This document shows positions 38,477-47,522 of a stretch of DNA of 64,000 nt, piece by piece. Position numbers and translations under genes: made by a program. Below the pieces are notes generated by a model that saw only the letters and a program-made list of their open reading frames with translations, was not told where the DNA came from and made no database searches. Position 1 is the first letter of the stretch, and each line of letters opens with the position of its first letter. The stretch spans positions 320,001 to 384,000 of the forward strand of contig JBDRZU010000001.1 of the NCBI GenBank assembly GCA_039804105.1. Direction: 5' to 3'. The stretch is from a candidate division WOR-3 bacterium (GTDB taxonomy: Bacteria > Hydrothermota > 32-111).

Positions 38477-39196
38477 TTATGACACTTTTAAAGAGTTTGA
38501 AACGAGATAACATTTTTCAAGTATAAAATTTTTTAAAAGTGGGTTTTTATCACACTCAAATTTTAATTCTTCAATATTACTTTTCAAATGTAATACTATT
38601 TTTTTTCTATTTTGAATAGAAGATAGTCTGTTAAAAATTTTATAAACAGAATCGATATTATTAACTATTGAAAATTCAATATAATATTTATCATTTTGAT
38701 CATTCTCAAAATCAAAATCAACCAGTTCATCTATTTTTAACCTTTTCAATTGTTTCAATATTTTTACATTCGGAATATCTGTTAAGAGTAAAATATTTTT
38801 TTCGTGATCTTCTGTTTTTAAAAAATTTTTAATTATAAAATAGAATTCTTCGATCTCTTTTAAAATACCATCAAGTTCTTCATAGTGGAAAGGTTTTTCA
38901 ATGAAATAATGAACCCCCAGCCCTTTCAAAGTATCTTTCAACATCTGGGTTGGACTTGCCGTAACTATAATAACTGTTAAAAAAAGATCGATTCTTTTTA
39001 TTTGATTAATGATATTTATTCCATAATTTGAACCTAAATATATATCAAGTATTAAAACATCAAGGTTTTCTATGTCATTTTGATTTATCATCAAAGGATG
39101 TTTATATAAAAGAAAAACCTCATGTTTTTTTAAAACAAGTATATCTCTCAACGCATTTGCAAAAGTTTCACTATCTTCAAGAATTCCTATTTTCAT
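38477..39196 (-). CDS. Response regulator with unrecognised output domain
   Basis: REC motifs ILED, LILDIYL, VTA, KP. Confidence 0.8.
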   Translation of the reverse strand: MKIGILEDSETFANALRDILVLKKHEVFLLYKHPLMINQNDIENLDVLILDIYLGSNYGINIINQIKRIDLFLTVIIVTASPTQMLKDTLKGLGVHYFIEKPFHYEELDGILKEIEEFYFIIKNFLKTEDHEKNILLLTDIPNVKILKQLKRLKIDELVDFDFENDQNDKYYIEFSIVNNIDSVYKIFNRLSSIQNRKKIVLHLKSNIEELKFECDKNPLLKNFILEKCYLVSNSLKVS

Positions 39197-39222
39197 AATT
39201 TCTCCTTTTTACAAAATCAATT

Positions 39223-39239
39223 AACATTATTTATGCCAA
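39223..39239 (-). promoter_or_regulatory. Candidate sigma54 -24/-12 promoter
   Basis: TTGGCAT-AAATA-ATGTT just upstream of the RBS. Confidence 0.5.
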
Positions 39240-39312
39240 ACTTAACATATAATTTTTTTAAGAAGTTATAATTTAAATGGTAGGAACTTTTTCATTACAA
39301 ACATTTAATTTG

Positions 39313-39341
39313 TTGACAATTTGAAAGATGATGTTTATTAT
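39313..39341 (+). promoter_or_regulatory. sigma70-type promoter, leaderless EamA gene
   Basis: TTGACA-17bp-TATTAT-6nt-ATG(39348). Confidence 0.65.
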
Positions 39342-39347
39342 GCATAT

Positions 39348-40259
39348 ATGGTTGGCATACTGTTTTTATCACTTTCAGTTTTTTTATTTTCAACTATGGA
39401 ATTAACTTCAAAATTTATTTCAGATGATTTCAATTTTATCCAGTTAACTTTTTTAAGATTTTTTTTGGGAACATTTGTTTTCATTTTTTTTATCGTTTTC
39501 AAAAAGGATTTGAGAAAAGAATTAGAAAATTTGAATATCAAGATGTTCTTAAAACTCTCATCTCTTGGTTTTTTGAACGTTTTCATTTCGATGCTTCTTT
39601 TACAATACTCTGTTGAGAAAGGAAATGCTTCTATAGCCGCCGTTTTGATCGGTAGCCATCCTATATTTGTTTATATTTTGAACCTTATTTTTTTCAAAGA
39701 GTTTGACAGAATCAAATTAATCAAAATATTTTTAGGTATTTTGGGTATACTTTTTCTTATTTTATTCTCAGGAAAGATAACCAAAACAATAAATTACATT
39801 CCTTCAATAACTGGACTTTTATCATCATTTTTCTTTGCACTCTTTACATTCCTTTCAAAAAGATTTCTGAAGAATAACAGCACGATCATAGTCAACTTTA
39901 TTTGTTTTTTTTCAGGAATAATTTTTTTGTTACCATTTTTTCTTTATAAAAATAATTATTTATTAAAAAACATTAACCTTTCGAACTCATCAATTTTAAT
40001 CTACCTCGGTTTTTTTGTTACCGGATGTGGATATTTATTTTACTATGAGGGCTTTAAAAGATTGAATGTGGTAGATGGATCAATGATCTTCTTTCTAAAA
40101 CCACTTCTTGGGTCAATTCTTGCTGTAATCATATTGAAAGAAAAATTAAATCTCTACCAATTTTTGGGAATCATTTTAATAATTATTTCTTTAACAAATT
40201 TCAGAAAAGGAAACAGAGTTGAAAACAATAATAGAATCAAAAAAGATAACGATAATTGA
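39348..40259 (+). CDS. EamA/DMT family transporter; likely start at ATG 39348
   Basis: About 10 TM segments in two repeats; FLRF, PIFV, LKEKL...QFLG motifs. Confidence 0.88.
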   Translation: MVGILFLSLSVFLFSTMELTSKFISDDFNFIQLTFLRFFLGTFVFIFFIVFKKDLRKELENLNIKMFLKLSSLGFLNVFISMLLLQYSVEKGNASIAAVLIGSHPIFVYILNLIFFKEFDRIKLIKIFLGILGILFLILFSGKITKTINYIPSITGLLSSFFFALFTFLSKRFLKNNSTIIVNFICFFSGIIFLLPFFLYKNNYLLKNINLSNSSILIYLGFFVTGCGYLFYYEGFKRLNVVDGSMIFFLKPLLGSILAVIILKEKLNLYQFLGIILIIISLTNFRKGNRVENNNRIKKDNDN

Positions 40260-40812
40260 AAAAAATTCAATTTTCATTGGAAGAGCATTTTTCGTACATG
40301 ATAAAAAAGAAGTTGAAAAATTTTTAAATCTTTTAAAAACGGAGAACAAAGGATACTCACATATAGTTTACGCTTACCGATTTACAAAGGATGAATTTTT
40401 CTATACCGATGATAAAGAACCAAAAAATACTGCAGGGCTTCCCGTTTTCAACGTGATTGATAAAAACGATCTTTACTTTACACTTTTAACGGTTACAAGA
40501 TTTTTTGGTGGTATAAAACTTGGTGCTTCTGGACTCGTAAGAGCGTATTCAAAATGTGCAATCGAAACCGTAAAAAATTCGATGATAAAAAAACTGGAAA
40601 AATTTTATCTTTTTGTATTCACTTTCGAATATCAACAATACAATGAATTTTTATATTTTATTAAACAAGCAAAACATAAAATTTTGGAAGAAAATTTTGC
40701 TGAAAAAATTACAATAAAGATTTATCTTGAAGAAAACCTTAATGAAAAAATTTCAAAATTATTTCCAGACAGTTTTACAATTTTAGAAAAAAATATTTTA
40801 CTGCCCTATTGA
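40219..40812 (+). CDS. YigZ/IMPACT family protein
   Basis: H.VYAYR, DDKEPKNTAG, VTRFFGGIKLGASGLVRAY. Confidence 0.92.
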   Translation: MKTIIESKKITIIEKNSIFIGRAFFVHDKKEVEKFLNLLKTENKGYSHIVYAYRFTKDEFFYTDDKEPKNTAGLPVFNVIDKNDLYFTLLTVTRFFGGIKLGASGLVRAYSKCAIETVKNSMIKKLEKFYLFVFTFEYQQYNEFLYFIKQAKHKILEENFAEKITIKIYLEENLNEKISKLFPDSFTILEKNILLPY

Positions 40813-41843
40813 TTCATTTTTTTCAACAATGAAAGAATTGACCTTCTTGAAAAAGGTTTTTTCAAAAGTGGTATTTTAAACTCTCTGATTATCCTTTTGA
40901 CTTCAGCAGGTATTGAATAACCTGTTATAAAAATAAATTTTATGTCAGGATAATTTTTTCTTACAAGATGAAAGACTTCTGATCCTGACTCATTTTTTAT
41001 CCTTATATCACAGAATATCATCGAAATTTTTTCTTTACCTTTTTCTATAATCTCTATAGCATCCTTTATATTCTCAGATTGTATCGTTTCTATTCCTTCC
41101 TCGTTTAAAACATCAATTATCGATTCCCTCACTTCTCTTTCGTCATCTATTATGAGGACTTTTTCAGTTTTTGTTGATGGTGGGAGTTTGATCATTTGAG
41201 AATCATCAGTGTAGGGGATAAGTTCAGGATCATGTTCATGAACAACGGCAAACCTTTTTAGAATATCGTTTATTTTGTTCAAACTATTTTTTATTCTTTC
41301 TATCAATTTTTTTTCTTTCTCTGTTAATTTGTTACCCAATTTTTTTTCAAGCATCTCCGTTGAAAGCAGGATCACCGAAAGTGGTTGATTCAACTCATGA
41401 TGCATCGTTATCACTGAAGCTTTGATAATGTTCATTTTTGCAAGTTTTATATTGTCTTTCATATCCTCAATCATTTTCAAAATGATTTTTATTCTTGAAT
41501 CGAGTTGATTGATATCTATTGGCTTATAAATATAATCAACTGCTCCAGCTTCAAGTCCTTCAGCAACGATTGCAGTATCTGTCAAATGTGAAAGGAATAT
41601 CACAGGTATCTCTTTGAGTTGTTCATCTTCCTGGATCTCCCGACAGATATCGATCCCATTGAATTCGTTCAAATCTATATCAAGAATAATTATATCGGGT
41701 AAAAACTCTTTTATCCTTTTGATGCATTTGTTTGGATCATTATCAGCATAAACCACATAGCCAAGTGAAGTTAATGACTTGCTTAAAAAAGTTGTAACAG
41801 TAATGCTATCATCAAGAAGATAAATTCTAATCTTATTTCTCAT
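40806..41843 (-). CDS. REC-DHp-REC signalling protein lacking a kinase ATPase domain
   Basis: Two receivers (IILDIDL, IFCDIRI) flanking an H-box MHHELNQPL. Confidence 0.8.
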   Translation of the reverse strand: MRNKIRIYLLDDSITVTTFLSKSLTSLGYVVYADNDPNKCIKRIKEFLPDIIILDIDLNEFNGIDICREIQEDEQLKEIPVIFLSHLTDTAIVAEGLEAGAVDYIYKPIDINQLDSRIKIILKMIEDMKDNIKLAKMNIIKASVITMHHELNQPLSVILLSTEMLEKKLGNKLTEKEKKLIERIKNSLNKINDILKRFAVVHEHDPELIPYTDDSQMIKLPPSTKTEKVLIIDDEREVRESIIDVLNEEGIETIQSENIKDAIEIIEKGKEKISMIFCDIRIKNESGSEVFHLVRKNYPDIKFIFITGYSIPAEVKRIIREFKIPLLKKPFSRRSILSLLKKMNQ

Positions 41844-42193
41844 TTTTCCCCCCTTAAAAGGTTAATTACTTCGTTTAACTTCCTCTTTACCTCCCCTTTC
41901 AAAAAACTTTTTCCATTTTCAAAATCGAGATTTAGTTGAACGATTTCAACTTTTGAATTCATAACTTCATTCGCTCCTTTTATCGTATATTTTTTTTCAT
42001 ACAACAATTCTTTAATTTTTTTAACTGTCTCAATATCCTTTTCAGTATACATTCTTCTTCCGTTAACAGAATGTTTCATCGGTTTTAACTTTGGGAAAAC
42101 GGTCTCCCAATATCTTAAAACATAACTTCTCAGTCCTGTAATCTGAGAAACCTCCTTTATCGAATAGTATCTTTTTTTATATTCTGTTTTCAT
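41840..42193 (-). CDS. MerR-family HTH protein
   Basis: YYSIKEVSQITGL..YVLRYWE..FP.LKP...GRRMY, YTIKGA. Confidence 0.9.
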   Translation of the reverse strand: MKTEYKKRYYSIKEVSQITGLRSYVLRYWETVFPKLKPMKHSVNGRRMYTEKDIETVKKIKELLYEKKYTIKGANEVMNSKVEIVQLNLDFENGKSFLKGEVKRKLNEVINLLRGEK

Positions 42194-42797
42194 TCCCCTT
42201 AATCAATCTTTCAATGTTACTTTTATGTTTTAAGATTATAAAAATAACAACAATAAGAATTAAAACAAAATCGATATTAGAAAATTTTTTAAAAGGAAAA
42301 GTTATATCCAACAGTTTGCCCATAACAAAATAAACTACTGGAAAAAGAAACGCTGATATTATGGTACCCACAGCAACTATTCTTGTTACAATAACGGATA
42401 TTAGAAAAAAAATAGCGCATATTAAAATTTCCAATGGGAAAAGCACCAAAAAACTTCCGAAGGATGTCGCAGCACCTTTTCCACCTTTAAATTTCAGATA
42501 TGGGGTGAACATATGTCCTAACACCGTTGATATTGCAACGATTGTTGAAACTTCAAGATTTTTATCAAAATAAAAAACGGATATTAATGTTGGGATAAAA
42601 CCCTTTAAAAAATCTAAAATAAATACAATAACTCCATATTTCCATCCACCAACTCTGTAAACATTGGTTGCTCCAACATTACCACTTCCAACTTTTCTTA
42701 TATCTATTTTTAAAAAGAGTTTTGAAACTATAAAAGCGAAAGGTATACCTGAAAAAAGATATGACAAAATACAAAAAATAATAACTTTAACTATCAT
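42177..42797 (-). CDS. plsY: Glycerol-3-phosphate acyltransferase PlsY
   Basis: GSGNVGATN, DFLKG, GH.F...FKGGKG, H.SNI.RL. Confidence 0.95.
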   Translation of the reverse strand: MIVKVIIFCILSYLFSGIPFAFIVSKLFLKIDIRKVGSGNVGATNVYRVGGWKYGVIVFILDFLKGFIPTLISVFYFDKNLEVSTIVAISTVLGHMFTPYLKFKGGKGAATSFGSFLVLFPLEILICAIFFLISVIVTRIVAVGTIISAFLFPVVYFVMGKLLDITFPFKKFSNIDFVLILIVVIFIILKHKSNIERLIKGNENRI

Positions 42798-44100
42798 TCT
42801 TACTCCTCAACTCAACATCGAAAGGAATTTCTGACAATTTCAATACCTCTCTTATTTTGTTAATTATATATCTTCTATAATTTCTGTCAATATTTTCTGG
42901 ATCGTTCACCCTGAGTATGAAAACAATTGGATCAGCTGACTTTTGAGTCAAACTGTAAAATCTTGGTCTTTTTCCAGTTTTTAAAACAGGATGTTTAAAG
43001 TTTGGTATAATCTGCTCAAAAAGTATCGAATTCAACAAACTCTTTTTAAATTTTGCTGGTAATTTACTTTTCAATTCATAAGATTTTTCAAGTATTTTAT
43101 AAATATGTTTTTTCTCTTTTGCTGAAATGAAAAATTTTGGTAAAAATTCTCCAAATTCAAGGTAGCCAAGAACCTCTTTATAAAATTTTGTCTTTTCAAC
43201 TTCAGTTATAAGATCGGTCTTATTGAAAACAACAATTGTTGGCTTCAAAAGTGCAAGTGATTCTCCAAGTATCTTCTTGTCCTGAAAGGTAACTTTCTCA
43301 TTTATATCGATCACAACCGCAACAACATCAGCCCTTTCCATAGCAAGTTTGCTTCGAAGAATTGTGTAATATTCTGTTGGTTCTTTTATTTTCGATGCTC
43401 TTCTGATACCTGCTGTATCGATTAACACAAAATTTTTATTATCATATTCAAGATAGGAATCTATAGAATCCCTAGTTGTTCCCGGAATATCAGAAACTAT
43501 CATTCTGTTCTCATTCAACAGTGCATTCACTATCGTCGATTTCCCTGTATTTGGTTTTCCAACGATCGCGATTTTTAATCCATCTTTAAAAAATTGATCC
43601 CTTTCAACATTTTTATATCTTGACACCATCATCTCTTTTAAAGATGATATATTCAATTTATGTTCAGCTGAAATCTGGATATAACTTTCAAATCCAAGTT
43701 TAAAAATTTCAGAATCCAATAAACTCTCATAATCATCACATTTGTTTATAACAAGAATTACATCATTTTTTCTACTTCTAAGTTTATTTGCGATATAGTA
43801 ATCATCACCAGTAATACCATTTTTGTTGTCAACAACAAAAAGGATCAGATCAGATTGATTTATAGCTATATCAACCTGTTGTTCTACCAATTCACTGAAT
43901 GTTACTTTTTTTGGATTCTCCTCTATCCCTCCAGTATCTATTATAACAAATTCCTTATTGTCAATTTCAATTCTATCATAATGTCTATCCCTTGTAAGGT
44001 TTGGTGTTGAATGAACAACAGCATCTCTTCTTCCAAGAAGAGCATTGAAAAGTGTAGATTTGCCAACATTTGGTTTCCCAATTATAGAAACAATGTTCAT
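42787..44100 (-). CDS. der: Ribosome biogenesis GTPase Der
   Basis: Two GTPase domains (GKPNVGKS/DTGG/NKCD and GKPNTGKS/DTAG/NKTD). Confidence 0.96.
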   Translation of the reverse strand: MNIVSIIGKPNVGKSTLFNALLGRRDAVVHSTPNLTRDRHYDRIEIDNKEFVIIDTGGIEENPKKVTFSELVEQQVDIAINQSDLILFVVDNKNGITGDDYYIANKLRSRKNDVILVINKCDDYESLLDSEIFKLGFESYIQISAEHKLNISSLKEMMVSRYKNVERDQFFKDGLKIAIVGKPNTGKSTIVNALLNENRMIVSDIPGTTRDSIDSYLEYDNKNFVLIDTAGIRRASKIKEPTEYYTILRSKLAMERADVVAVVIDINEKVTFQDKKILGESLALLKPTIVVFNKTDLITEVEKTKFYKEVLGYLEFGEFLPKFFISAKEKKHIYKILEKSYELKSKLPAKFKKSLLNSILFEQIIPNFKHPVLKTGKRPRFYSLTQKSADPIVFILRVNDPENIDRNYRRYIINKIREVLKLSEIPFDVELRSKNDS

Positions 44101-45317
44101 TCTGTATACCTCACAAGATCAGTACTGTTTTCAAGTATGATAAAATTTTTACCACTTTTTTTAATAATATCTTTTTTTGTATAATTATCAAGTGTTAAAC
44201 CATCTTCGTTAAAAACTCTTTTATAGATCAAATAGTTTTTGAACTCTGTATTTTTCATCGTTTCAACAATATCTTTTCCAGATAAAAGTCCAGTCACTGT
44301 AACCATTTCCCCAAAGAATCTGTTCACAACAGGTAAAATACCTTCTGAAGAAAAAAAATTATTTTTTATTAAAAACTCTCCAAAACTTTTACCAGTCAAT
44401 ATCGCAAAACCTTTTTTAAGTTTTCTATTTTTTAATTCTGATGTTTCATCTATAAAATTTCTAACCATACCTATACCATTCTCATATTGAGGAAAAGAAT
44501 GATAGTAACTTTTAGGAGGAATCTTTTCTTCAGCTTTTAAAAAGAATTCATCAGCAATATAAACTTTTTTATATGACAATTTTTCTTTTAAATTTTCAAC
44601 AAAAGTTATCAAGTTTTTTGAATACTCTTTATCTATCGGTAAAAAGTTTGACGAATCTTTTCTGTATTTTGTTATACCCATTGGAACTATTCCAAGTGAA
44701 AGGAATTTTTTTTGTGCTGAATATTTAATCGTCTGTTCCAAATACTTTCCATCATTTATGTTTCTCATAAGAACAACCTGACCATGAATTTTGATCCCTC
44801 CATTTATAAGTTTTTCAAGTTTCTCGATCCGATTTTCAACTCCAAAAATTTTTTTTCTTAAACCATTATCGACAGAATGTATGGAAACATAAAGAGGGGA
44901 TATTTTATGCTCAATTATATTTTTCAACAATTTTTCGTTCAGATTTGAAAGTGTTATAAAATTTCCATATTCAAAAGATTCCCTGTAATCATCATCTTTA
45001 AAATACAAACTTTTTCTCAAACCTTCAGGATTTTGATCAACAAAACAGAATATACACTTATTGTTACATTTTCTTCTTTCACTTTCTTCAAACTCAACAT
45101 TTATTTTTTTATAATCATTTTTTTCAACTTCAAACTCTTTGATTTGCCCATCTTTCTTTTTAACTTTGAAAACCATTTTTTCAAAAGATGTTTCATATAT
45201 AACACCAAGAAAATCAAAAACTTCTCTTCCATTTATTGAAACAATTTTATCACCTTCTGATATTGAATATTTTTTAAAAATCGAATTCTGATTTATTTTT
45301 GAAATTTTTATAGACAT
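44097..45317 (-). CDS. PDZ/DUF512 putative radical SAM protein
   Basis: CNNKCIFC, LYFKDDDYR, PQYENGIG, VTVTGLL; usual position upstream of der. Confidence 0.88.
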   Translation of the reverse strand: MSIKISKINQNSIFKKYSISEGDKIVSINGREVFDFLGVIYETSFEKMVFKVKKKDGQIKEFEVEKNDYKKINVEFEESERRKCNNKCIFCFVDQNPEGLRKSLYFKDDDYRESFEYGNFITLSNLNEKLLKNIIEHKISPLYVSIHSVDNGLRKKIFGVENRIEKLEKLINGGIKIHGQVVLMRNINDGKYLEQTIKYSAQKKFLSLGIVPMGITKYRKDSSNFLPIDKEYSKNLITFVENLKEKLSYKKVYIADEFFLKAEEKIPPKSYYHSFPQYENGIGMVRNFIDETSELKNRKLKKGFAILTGKSFGEFLIKNNFFSSEGILPVVNRFFGEMVTVTGLLSGKDIVETMKNTEFKNYLIYKRVFNEDGLTLDNYTKKDIIKKSGKNFIILENSTDLVRYTE

Positions 45318-45901
45318 TATTTATTAAAAAGATTGTTTAATCTATAAAAAAATTTTATAAGTTCATATCCCCTAACTGTCTTGTAGGGATAAAAAAAACC
45401 ATCCTCAAGTTCCATTATTCCAAGAAATACTATATTTGATATCGGTTTGTAAGCAAAAAAATTTTCATCGATATCTTTTATTTCAGTAACATTCATTTTA
45501 AAATTTGAAAGGTATCCATTGTTCAAGATAAAAGTATAAATGAAAACTGCAAGTTGATACCGCAGAACAGGTGTATCAGGTTTAAAAGTTTTATCTGGAA
45601 GTGAAGGTACGATTCCCCTTTTGACCTGTGCGTAAAGAATTTCATTTTTGGGAAACATTTTTATATCGAAAGGTATTTCGTCTTTGTAAACATAAACATT
45701 TTCAGGAAAGTATATCCCGAAAAGATATGCAACATCACTTTTGGTAACAATATCTTTCTTATCAAGATCTTTTAAAAAGGAATACTCTTTATCAATCTTA
45801 CTTAGAAAAAAAGAAAGATATCTGTCATTCTTTTTAAAACAACCTGGAATTAAGATTGAAAGGATGAAAACCAACAGAAAAAATTTTTTTTTAAAAGACA
45901 T
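45317..45901 (-). CDS. Lipoprotein with S-layer homology (SLH)-like motifs
   Basis: Lipobox IPGC; GIV...DKTFKPDTPVLRYQLA and GIM....GFFYP..VRG motifs. Confidence 0.7.
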   Translation of the reverse strand: MSFKKKFFLLVFILSILIPGCFKKNDRYLSFFLSKIDKEYSFLKDLDKKDIVTKSDVAYLFGIYFPENVYVYKDEIPFDIKMFPKNEILYAQVKRGIVPSLPDKTFKPDTPVLRYQLAVFIYTFILNNGYLSNFKMNVTEIKDIDENFFAYKPISNIVFLGIMELEDGFFYPYKTVRGYELIKFFYRLNNLFNK

Positions 45902-45915
45902 AATCTTTATTAATT

Positions 45916-46001
45916 TGCCGGAGGCCGGACTCGAACCGGCACGGGATTGAAGTCCCAGCGGATTTTAAGTCCGCTATGTCTACCAATTCCATCACTCCGG
46001 C
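45916..46001 (-). tRNA. tRNA-Leu(TAA)
   Basis: Anticodon arm gcgga-CTTAAAA-tccgc, variable arm, T-arm. Confidence 0.95.
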
Positions 46002-46004
46002 TTA

Positions 46005-46076
46005 AGGCGGCATCCGGATTTGAACCGGAGAATAACGGTTTTGCAGACCGTCGCCTTACCACTTGGCTATACCGCC
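46005..46076 (-). tRNA. tRNA-Cys(GCA)
   Basis: Anticodon arm acggt-CTGCAAA-accgt, U discriminator. Confidence 0.95.
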
Positions 46077-46086
46077 AACAAAAAAA

Positions 46087-46162
46087 TGGAGCGGGAAACG
46101 GGACTTGAACCCGCGACACTCACCTTGGCAAGGTGACGCTCTACCAACTGAGCTATTCCCGC
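46087..46162 (-). tRNA. tRNA-Gly(GCC)
   Basis: Anticodon arm tcacc-TTGCCAA-ggtga; encoded CCA end; Gly-Cys-Leu order as in E. coli glyW-cysT-leuZ. Confidence 0.96.
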
Positions 46163-46210
46163 TCTTTGAGAACATTTTATATCAAAATTATCAAAAATGT
46201 CAATAGTTTT

Positions 46211-47419
46211 TTATATAGTTTTAAATACTTTTTCTATTTTCGCGAAAGCCCAATCGATATCCTTTTTCTTGATAACAAGAGGTGGAGCAAACCTGATTAT
46301 GTTTTCGTGCGTTTCCTTACACAAAAGTCCCTCTTTCATCAACGCCTCACAGAATCTTCTTGCACCACCTGCACTCTCGTGAAGTTCAACACCGATTAAA
46401 AGACCTCTTCCTCTAACTTCTTTTATGTAATCAGATTTTATAGATTTTAGAAGTTTCATAAAATAGTTACCCATCTTCAGTGCATTCTTATCAAGTTTTT
46501 CTTTGATAAGAACATCAAGTGATGCCACAGCGATCGCTGATGCAAGAGGGTTTCCACCAAAAGTTGAACCATGATCACCAGGATTAAAAACATCCATAAC
46601 TTCCTTTTTTGCAAGGAAAGCACTCACAGGATAATAACCACCTGAAAGGGCCTTTCCAAGAATAAGTCCATCTGGTTTTACTCCCTCTTCCCATTGATGA
46701 GCAAAAAGTTTACCTGTTCTACAAAGCCCTGTCTGTATTTCATCAAGAATAAAAAGAACATTGTTCTTTCGACATATTTCCTGTGCTCTCTTTAAAAATC
46801 CATCTTTTGGAATGATGATTCCACCTTCACCCTGTATTGGTTCAGTTAAAAATGCGACAGTGTTAGGAGAGATAGCTTGTTCAAGTGCATCAGCATCACC
46901 AAAAGGTATTTCAACAAAGCCAGGTGTCAAAGGACCGAATCCATCTTTATATTGAAATTCTGATGAGAAGGATATTACCGTAATCGTTCTACCATGGAAA
47001 TTGTTTCTTGAAACTATAATCTCTGCCTTATCCTTTTCAACTCCTTTAACAGTGTACCCCCATTTTCTTATAGCTTTAAGAGCTGTTTCAACAGCTTCAG
47101 CTCCAGAATTCATCGGTAACATTTTATCCATCTTTGCAAGTTTGCATAGTTTTTCATAAAACAATGGAAGTTGATCATTATGAAAAGCTCTACTCGTTAG
47201 AGTAAGTTTTTTCATTTGTTTTATTGCGGCACTTGCTATTTTAGGGTGACAATGTCCCTGATTCACAGCAGAATATGAACTCAAAAAATCAAGATATTTT
47301 TTACCTTCAGTATCCCAGACCCAGATGCCTTTACCTTTTGTTAAACAAACATCAAGTGGATGATAGTTGTTCGCACCATACTTTTTTTCGATTTCAAAAA
47401 GTTTATTTGATTTTTTCAT
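46211..47419 (-). CDS. rocD: Ornithine--oxo-acid aminotransferase
   Basis: GANNYHPL, YSAVNQGHCHP, LTLTSRAF, PMNSGAEAVE, DEIQTG, LGKALSGG, HGSTFGGNP. Confidence 0.95.
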   Translation of the reverse strand: MKKSNKLFEIEKKYGANNYHPLDVCLTKGKGIWVWDTEGKKYLDFLSSYSAVNQGHCHPKIASAAIKQMKKLTLTSRAFHNDQLPLFYEKLCKLAKMDKMLPMNSGAEAVETALKAIRKWGYTVKGVEKDKAEIIVSRNNFHGRTITVISFSSEFQYKDGFGPLTPGFVEIPFGDADALEQAISPNTVAFLTEPIQGEGGIIIPKDGFLKRAQEICRKNNVLFILDEIQTGLCRTGKLFAHQWEEGVKPDGLILGKALSGGYYPVSAFLAKKEVMDVFNPGDHGSTFGGNPLASAIAVASLDVLIKEKLDKNALKMGNYFMKLLKSIKSDYIKEVRGRGLLIGVELHESAGGARRFCEALMKEGLLCKETHENIIRFAPPLVIKKKDIDWAFAKIEKVFKTI

Positions 47420-47443
47420 AGTAACTCCTTTTTTTGATTTAAT

Positions 47444-47471
47444 AAAATAACATATTAAAAATTTAAGTCAA
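47444..47471 (-). promoter_or_regulatory. sigma70-type promoter of rocD
   Basis: TTGACT-16bp-TATTTT with TG extension. Confidence 0.5.
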
Positions 47472-47487
47472 GAGTTAACAAAAAATG

Positions 47488-47515
47488 TTGATTATTTCAA
47501 AAATCTTGCTAAAAT
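47488..47515 (+). promoter_or_regulatory. sigma70-type promoter, leaderless GT4 gene
   Basis: TTGATT-16bp-TAAAAT with TG extension, 7 nt before ATG. Confidence 0.6.
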
Positions 47516-47522
47516 CTTCAAT

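Noticed and set aside
45910..46119. 69-aa minus-strand ORF
   Set aside because: Lies across the Gly, Cys and Leu tRNA genes
46174..46203. Promoter of the Gly-Cys-Leu tRNA operon as another 16-bp example
   Set aside because: TTGACA is clear but the -10 is ambiguous (TATAAA at 16 bp or TAAAAT at 18 bp), so it was left out of the count
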